DNA from: Catajapyx aquilonaris
Lineage: Eukaryota
Length of the DNA stretch: 39,332 bases
Assembly: GCA_000934665.2 (NCBI GenBank)
Contig: JYFJ02003639.1
Location: forward strand, 1-39,332
Direction of reading: 5' to 3'
Shown: piece by piece, positions 32,301 through 39,332 of the stretch
How the letters are laid out: every line of letters begins with the position of its first letter
How positions within the stretch are numbered: the stretch's first letter is position 1
Notes under the pieces: generated by a model
Told to the model about the DNA's origin: nothing
The model's database searches: none
The model's input: only the letters and a program-made list of their open reading frames with translations
Translations under genes and position numbers: made by a program

Positions 32301-35300
32301 GACCAATCTTCGTCTCCATGACTCCGTCCATTTTACTTAATCCTATATCGCCTTGTCTAGTAGGTCACGGATATCTGGGAATGTGTAATTAAAGCGTGGT
32401 GCCGACGGGCCGTGGTGCACTAACCATTTGCTTCACTTCCTGATTAATGAGAGTAATTTCCACCTGATTGTCTGGTTTAAGAAGAAGCTATGGCTATCTG
32501 ACTACAGAAGACGCAGAGGTGGGACAGATGGCGACAGGAACGAAGTCTTACTCTGTCTCATCCGAGGACATAGAAGGTGGTGCAGTGAACCAGTCCACCA
32601 TATACAAGAGAAGAGGGGTGGGTTTGTCGACATTGCCTATAATTAATTTTTAAAAAATGCTCACATCAAGGAGGAGGAGGAAAAAGAAGACGACGGAGAA
32701 GACATGAGAGGACAGGAGGAAAATAATGTTTTCAATATTTAAATACACACCCCAAAGCCCATCAGATTGAGTACTTGGGCATTGATGTTGAATATGAGGA
32801 CTGTCTACAGCTGTTACTTGGAAGATGGAGCCGTTGTCAGAATGAAGCTGCTATAAAATTCTCCTTCTCGCTGTGACATAGCTTTGGTTTCTTATTCGTA
32901 ACCAACATTATGGTTCCCCTGCTGCGTGGCCTGCAGCCTGACTTGTTCTTGTTCTAATGTTGCAACACAAAAAGCAACTTTGGTTACTTTCTCAGTGTCA
33001 CACTTTTTTATACTTTTGTGACAACAGGTTTGGCTTCATCCTATTATGAGTTCATGACACCACCCGCGATGTTAGATGCACAGAGGCAGAGGTTCTTCGG
33101 GGACATCGGGTACGACAACATGATTGAACAAATAGCTTTCTACAAACCCATTCCTCACAACCTCAAGCCCAATGACGACACAGAAGAAGATGGTAGACAT
33201 GCATATTTTGCCTCCCTCGCCTCGGATGGATGGAGGTCAACTATCACACTTTGGACACCACATCAAAATCACATCCTGCATCGTCTTTTGTTCAATGCAC
33301 TCATGTGATGTGAAAGTTGGATGGGAAATATTATATTAATTATGTTTCAGTTACATTGACCAGGTGCAAGACACATAAATGTCTTGATTAGGAGTAGTCT
33401 CCTTGTACTTATTATAATTATGAATAGCCATGAGCTGCACTGCAAGGCACACCAATCCGGAGCGATACCATATGTTAAGGCACACCTGGCCGCATTACTT
33501 TACATTCGGCATAGTAGACATCTGCACAGTCTCCTTGTACTGTAACACACTAACTTAAAACGACATGCACTTGTTAATACTGCAGAAAATAAGCATATAA
33601 AATATCCCATCATCATGACAAGAATGAAAATGCTGCTCAGGTACATCCAGTTTCAAATGTAACTAAGGCAACTATTGCTTGAAATTATTGTCGTAGCAGG
33701 TAATCGTTCCTTTCTTGAAAGTACTAATGTAGCATTACAGGCTCAACAGCATTAAATTAGGCGATGTAAATCAAATTATGCGCTGCAATAAAAATTACAA
33801 ATATGACGCGTGGCACTTCCATAAGTGACACAAGAACGCTCGAGAGTTTCAAATGGTTTGATGCACTTTCTGCCCCTACTGCCCAGGTGCCACAAAGGAA
33901 TTGATGCAACACCCAACTACACCATTCATAGCATCTTACAAAAGCAGGTTCAACAAACTATGGGTGATAGTATAAGCAGCTTTCTACTAACACAGTGGAA
34001 AAGGTTAAGGTCGACCAACTCCCCAGCAATCTTAGTAGATGTGGGTCAAAGAACGAAACTGAGAAAACACGTCTTCCCATACAACAAAATGAAAACCTTA
34101 CGAAATATGGATCAATTTCGCACAACCCAAGATGTGATTATAAAATGTCGCACTTTGGTATGTAAATACACTTATTACACATCAAAATAATTCGGCGAAT
34201 CGTCACAGTGGTGGACGTTGGATGGAAGATACACAAAATGATGACTGATGGGCATGAAAAATCAGGATGAAACACTAAGGGCCATGTGGAGGCAGCTCCT
34301 TTCAGAAAAAGATGGTGCTTTTGGCTGTGTCTGAAGGAGAGCATGACTCGGGACAATAATATTACACACAAGACTCCTTCTGGAACTGATCCTGCTTGAA
34401 GGAAACTATCCCAGGAGCTGTGGAGACCAATGGATTGAGAGAATATATTTGACAGAATAGTAAGAGTCCTTCATTTACAAAGTCATCTGCTGTAAGGAAG
34501 ACATATGGCACACACCACAGTATCAAGGTTTTAACAAGACCGTACTATGAAAGAAGAGTAGTTGAAAGAAGCGAGCAGATCACATTCAAACCACATTCAC
34601 AGTGCTCCTCAAGGGACACACAGCGACTCATGAAATAGGCATTTCTGTAAAGTCTAGGCATACCTAGGCCTAGCTCTCTACCTGGCTCATATCCTTCAGT
34701 GTGTGCCAAGATTTTCAGGTGTATTAAAAACCCACTAAGAACGAAAATGTCATATTTAAACAACAACTAAAAATGAGACATGTCGACGAAACCTTTCACA
34801 GCTAATATGGTCAAAATGTTTACTGTTATATTAAGATTTCAGGAACTAGCTAAATTAATGTATGCTGCTGTTGCAGAGGAGGAAGATCAGTGGCGTTTCC
34901 TAAGCCATTAGGTGCAAGAACAGCAAATCATACCTACGACTGACTTCGGTTCCCTCTTCAGTCTACATTCGAGGTATTTTGACATTTGGTAACTTGTAAA
35001 TAATTTCAGAATGTACAGTAGTATCTGGCCCCATCTCACTTTCGCTACTCGGCTACGAAAAGAATAAGACCTTACTATTCGACCAGGTGTGCAACCACCC
35101 ACCAAGTTGCAGGTACCCATACCAATCCATCACATCCTCCTAGGACACCAGTAGTGGAGTGATGTCGTTGAATATTAAACGCCGAGGGATCACACGCATT
35201 AACCTTTCCTGCAAATTGCTATTCAATTCATGCCAGTTCAATATTGGTCTCTCCTCAAAATTGTTATAACAAATTCAAAAATATATTCATAGAAATTTTC

Positions 35301-36338
35301 TAATCATATACTTAAAAAATTGGAAATTGGAATCCAATGTCAACAGTTTGCACTAGTCGGGGAATCTACACTCGAATCATCTATAGCCTATAGCCGGAAA
35401 TACCACATGATGATTAGTCTTTCCACTGATATGCCCGAACCTAACTGATAGGGTTCATAGCAAAGCCATAGCCAAGTATTACTACAAGAGGACGACCCAT
35501 GAGGTCATCTGAAGCGCTGCAGTTGCAAATTTGCAATCCACAGTTCGTCAATACTTATCCCATGAAAGTATGGCTATGTTGCTGGGACCGATCAAGGTTC
35601 TCAGATAATGTAAAAACACACATGGATATTCAGAGCACACATTTAACTCTCCTCAATAAATTGTGACCTGCATAAGAACAAAATTGTGCTGATGTATGCA
35701 CCTTTTGATGTAGGCCTACACATTCGTTTACATAGCAAATCTGTTTCCAGCAATGCAACTAATTAATATTGTGGTCAAGTATAAGGACATTCCTGCAAAT
35801 AAACCTGCGAATACAGTTTTTCCATGAAATTCCTCTCTGGCCCTCTGGAACATTGGAAAAGAGTCATAAGCAGTGCAATATTATTTCTCCGAATGTGACA
35901 CAACAGCCAAACGGCGTGATGTAACACAAAAAGACCTCCACCATATTCTCAGGGCTTTTCCTGACACAGAATTACCGGCGCGGCGCTACGTTTCACTGAT
36001 TCTGGAGCCACGCTGGAGCCAACACAGCGACAGTGTTCGAAGGAATGTATTTTTAAAGCAGTTTGTGTCTCACTCAGCTAATCTACTAGCCATAATGTAG
36101 TCGACTAACGCACCGTACCTCCAGCCTACGATCTGATGTGTTGGGCAGGACCACCAGTACTGGATACCGACGACTGCAGCGACGAGAATGTCTCTCTGTC
36201 TCTGAACCGTTACAAGAAAGAACAAAGGGGGGGGAAAAAACAAGATGGCGACTTGTCCGGAGTGGGTGGGTGGGGTGGGAGGCCTGTCGCCCACGCCATC
36301 TGCCAGGCACCATGCCACCATTAGATTTTAAAATTTAA

Positions 36339-36392
<54 letters not shown>
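36339..36392. repeat. (AAT)n microsatellite (SINE tail)
   Basis: Uninterrupted AAT run. Confidence 0.95.
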
Positions 36393-36716
36393 TGTTGGGT
36401 TAGTGCTCACCCAGAGGGTATTTGCACGGACCTTTATTTCAATCGAAGTATACATGCTGGTGCCATATTCGAAGCGCCCGGGCCCACGGGCAGGATGACA
36501 GGAGGGGATGTGCAAAGTGCAGTGCAATGTCTTTATGTGGCCATTTTTAGTGAACTCCCCCGGGTGGTTTAGTCTGTGGATATACCACCCGAGACGAAGC
36601 CAGAGGTGACCCTTGAACTCTGCACGAGATGAAGGGGGTGTCCCCGGGTTGGGATCGAACCCGGGACCTTAACATCCGTGGGCGCGCACGTTACCGCGGC
36701 GCCACTCCGTCTCCCC
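36344..36716 (-). mobile_element. Full-length tRNA-derived SINE with (TTA)n tail
   Basis: Minus-strand A-box-like TGGCGCCGCGG (36704-36694), B-box GGTTCGATCC (36661-36652), 3' (TTA)n tract, and 14-bp TSD AAAATTTAAAATAA (36330-36343, 36717-36730). Confidence 0.88.
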
Positions 36717-38383
36717 AAAATTTAAAATAACCCCACATCAATATTTAATAGTTTAACCTCACGTGACTGTTTTCTAATGTGGCTTATATTCGGCAGCATG
36801 ATATTTAAGAAGACTTGGCATACACAGATGTTCCAGATCAACAGGCTGAAGCATGTTGGTTGCAACAGTCAGTTCCCCCCGATGGTGTCTCCACCTTATC
36901 GTGGTGGTGGGGGGTTTGTGGTTCTCCCATGACCCCAAGAGCTATGCCGGCGGTCCCCAAGAACCTGAAAATAATTATTCACACGATCACATCCGTAGCC
37001 TCTGAAGTTAGTACTAGAGCCTTGACAATGTCGCAAACCGACAAATGTTGACCATTTTGTTTCCTCCCCAAACGTAGCGTTGGAAACAAGTGCATGGCAT
37101 ATTTACCAGTAACTTACACCCACTGTACAGAGAGCTGACCAAGCTATCGCTGATATAATAACCGAACACCCTGCGCGCGCGGTGGACGGACCACGTAGCT
37201 ATGTGGTTGTTGTTCGACAATGCACTTCACATGACTAGTTGAGCTGTTGAGGACGAGGAATCGAGGAGATGATTTCACCTTACATTGTCTATCTGATTTT
37301 ATCTGATCCTGATTTCTGAATATCCTTTAAACATAATCTGTCCTTGGTGACTCCCTACAATGCCCGCATACCGGAAAGCACTGGCACTTCGTTAGTACAA
37401 AGTTGATGTAACACATTTCATGTGAAAAATAATGAATGGGGATTTGACTATTTCAATAGAGAATAGAGCAAGCACTTGCAACACGCACTTCCATGAGTAT
37501 TTAAGAAGGAGCGTGTGGAGCAAAAAGTGTGGAGATCTTTCTGTTTTTCCAAGCCCATCAGTTAATCATGGAGTCGAGTTCCTCATTACTCCTCTGCTTT
37601 GCCTTGTTGTGTGGAGCTGTTGTCGTCCATGCCGATGATATGCCTAATATGAATGAGGTGGGTCTTATTTGAACTTGAAAGATCTAAAAAGCTTAATAAG
37701 ACGCAGGAGTAATCTATGTTCATTATGCATATTTCTTTTTTTTTTAATGTGTTCGGTTCCATCCTGTGGAAAAGATGAAAGAATGCATTCAGAAACAACC
37801 AGACCCGACGAGCGAGACAGACGTCTGGCCAGAGGAACAGGGCTCTTCTATCCGGCCAATCACAGACGGGCGCTCCCCCGCGCCACAGGAGAAGTGTGGC
37901 ATGCCCTTGTACTTGTCTGTCATCTGTCGTCTCAGCATGTGCTCATCATGGACACGGGTTTTTTTTGCTTCAAAAAAGGATCTCGACTTAATACGAATAT
38001 GTTCTTGGAGTCTTACCACCAGAAACTGAAGTACATGTACATGGGGGTTAAGAAGTGTAAGCGTGTGGATAAGTGCATCGCTGTGCTGGAAGAATTGATA
38101 CTGGACAAAGAATTTGATGCCAAAATTAAATTGGAGATGGGCAAGTTAACGTCCAAAATTGCGGATTCAAGACGAAAACATAAAGAGGGCTCTAATTGTA
38201 AGTTGCAGTGTATCATGAACAGTGAGGAAATGACGTCGCAGGTGTCAGAGGAAGGAAGTGGGAAAATACACACAGTCAAAGAAAAAAATGTAGATCAATA
38301 TTGTGCAAAGGGCTTACTTGCCCTATGATGTGTGATGAATGTCATGTGTGCATCCATAATGTTTCATGCACCTGTTCTGATAA

Positions 38384-39235
38384 CACTGGTCTACAAGGTT
38401 TTTGTAGAAAAGATCACTGATAGTGTTCCTAATAGAACTTTTTACGCTGAATTCAAATATGTAATTAGAATCTGTCCATCACGCATAGTTTTTTTTCTAC
38501 GACTGTTTTTATGTTTTTATGGGATTAATGAAAAACTTTGTTAAGGCAATGGACCGCACTGGTGATGGATTTTCCTACTTGAAGGAACAATTCCCTAAGA
38601 TAAGTGATGCCAAGATTAAGGAAGGGATTTTTGTGGGTCCTCAAATAAGGCAGTTGATGAGGGATACAAGATTTGAGGAGCACTTAAACAGCGTAGAAAA
38701 GGCAGCATGGAATTCCTTTGAAAGTGTCACCAAAAACTTCTTGGGGAATTCAAAGGCTGAAAATTACCGTGAATTAGTATGCGAACTCTTGGACTCCTAC
38801 AAAGCTATGGGATGCAACATGTCCCTTAAGATCAATTTCCTGAACTCCCACTTGGACTTTTTCCCGGAGAATCTTGGTGATGTCAGCGATGAACAAGGAG
38901 AGCAATTTCATCAAGACATCACCAGCATGGAAAAGCGGTACCAAGGAAAATGGAATCCAAATATGTTGGCAGACTACTGCTGGACACTCAAGGGAGATAT
39001 CCCACAAGCAAAATACAGCAGAAGGTCATCAATGGCTTCTTTTTAATGGGTAATGTATATGTAACTTATATACCAGCTTCATATGACTCCTTCAAATTTA
39101 AATTGTGTGTTACGTAAACACCCTGCGTGATAGAAAGAAACTAATTACATATTTGAATTCAGCGGAAAATTTACTATTAGAATCACATATTATTTCCCGT
39201 GCTACACAAAAAAAGTTTTTTTTTGTAGACCAGTG
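38384..39235 (+). mobile_element. Internally deleted Chapaev3-type (CMC) DNA transposon, 852 bp
   Basis: TIRs CACTGGTCTACAA/TTGTAGACCAGTG, 3-bp TSD TAA (38381-38383, 39236-39238), and subterminal inverted repeat CGCTGAATTCAAATATGTAATTAG. Confidence 0.88.
38519..39046 (+). pseudogene. C-terminal fragment of a Chapaev-type transposase
   Basis: GLMKNFVKAM...AKIKEGIFVGPQIR...MSLKI.FL.SHLDFFPENLG.VSDE.GE.FHQDI..ME.RYQGKW...DYCW; N-terminal part missing. Confidence 0.85.
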
Positions 39236-39332
39236 TAATTTGGTTAAGGGTAACCTGTTCAAGCACATACATTGTGTATTTGGCAAACAACCCCACACTG
39301 TCTCAAGCATGATTGGCATGGCAATAGACACT

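Noticed and set aside
36640..36716. Functional tRNA gene
   Set aside because: A and B boxes are present, but I cannot build a convincing cloverleaf, and the sequence continues into a SINE body with tail and TSD.
21810..37640. Numerous 60-130-aa ORFs in the right flank
   Set aside because: No recognisable domains apart from the Ulp1 relic; lengths are consistent with chance ORFs in repeat-derived DNA.
37669..38328. THAP-domain or other host gene (219-aa ORF)
   Set aside because: Only CSVPSC resembles THAP; the conserved W, P and C..HF are not in register. It may be a decayed transposon but cannot be supported.

Overview
Eukaryotic (probably invertebrate) genomic DNA containing a complete, apparently intact 19,664-bp Polinton/Maverick (adintovirus-type endogenous DNA virus) at 1714-21377. 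The element has 5'-AGTAGT...ACTACT-3' ends, 338-bp terminal inverted repeats with 3 mismatches, and a perfect 6-bp target-site duplication (AACCCT). It encodes protein-primed PolB, a packaging ATPase, a PLA2-integrase-chromodomain fusion, minor and major capsid proteins, an adenovirus pX-like core protein, an adenain-type protease, a putative fibre and about ten accessory ORFs. Manual reading shows features the ORF track misses. Five short in-frame GT-AG introns rebuild a zinc-finger-PolB gene, a PC4-like gene, a degenerate DEDD/Maelstrom-like gene and a duplicated-domain gene. The conserved protease N-terminus lacks an ATG and lies in the -1 frame of the pX-like gene, suggesting a programmed frameshift. 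Each TIR contains a 148-nt hairpin. The flanks are repeat-rich host DNA with an IS3EU-like MITE, a tRNA-derived SINE, a deleted Chapaev3-type transposon, a Ulp1-protease relic and old multi-kb duplications. All family assignments come from motif recognition by eye; no database search was run.
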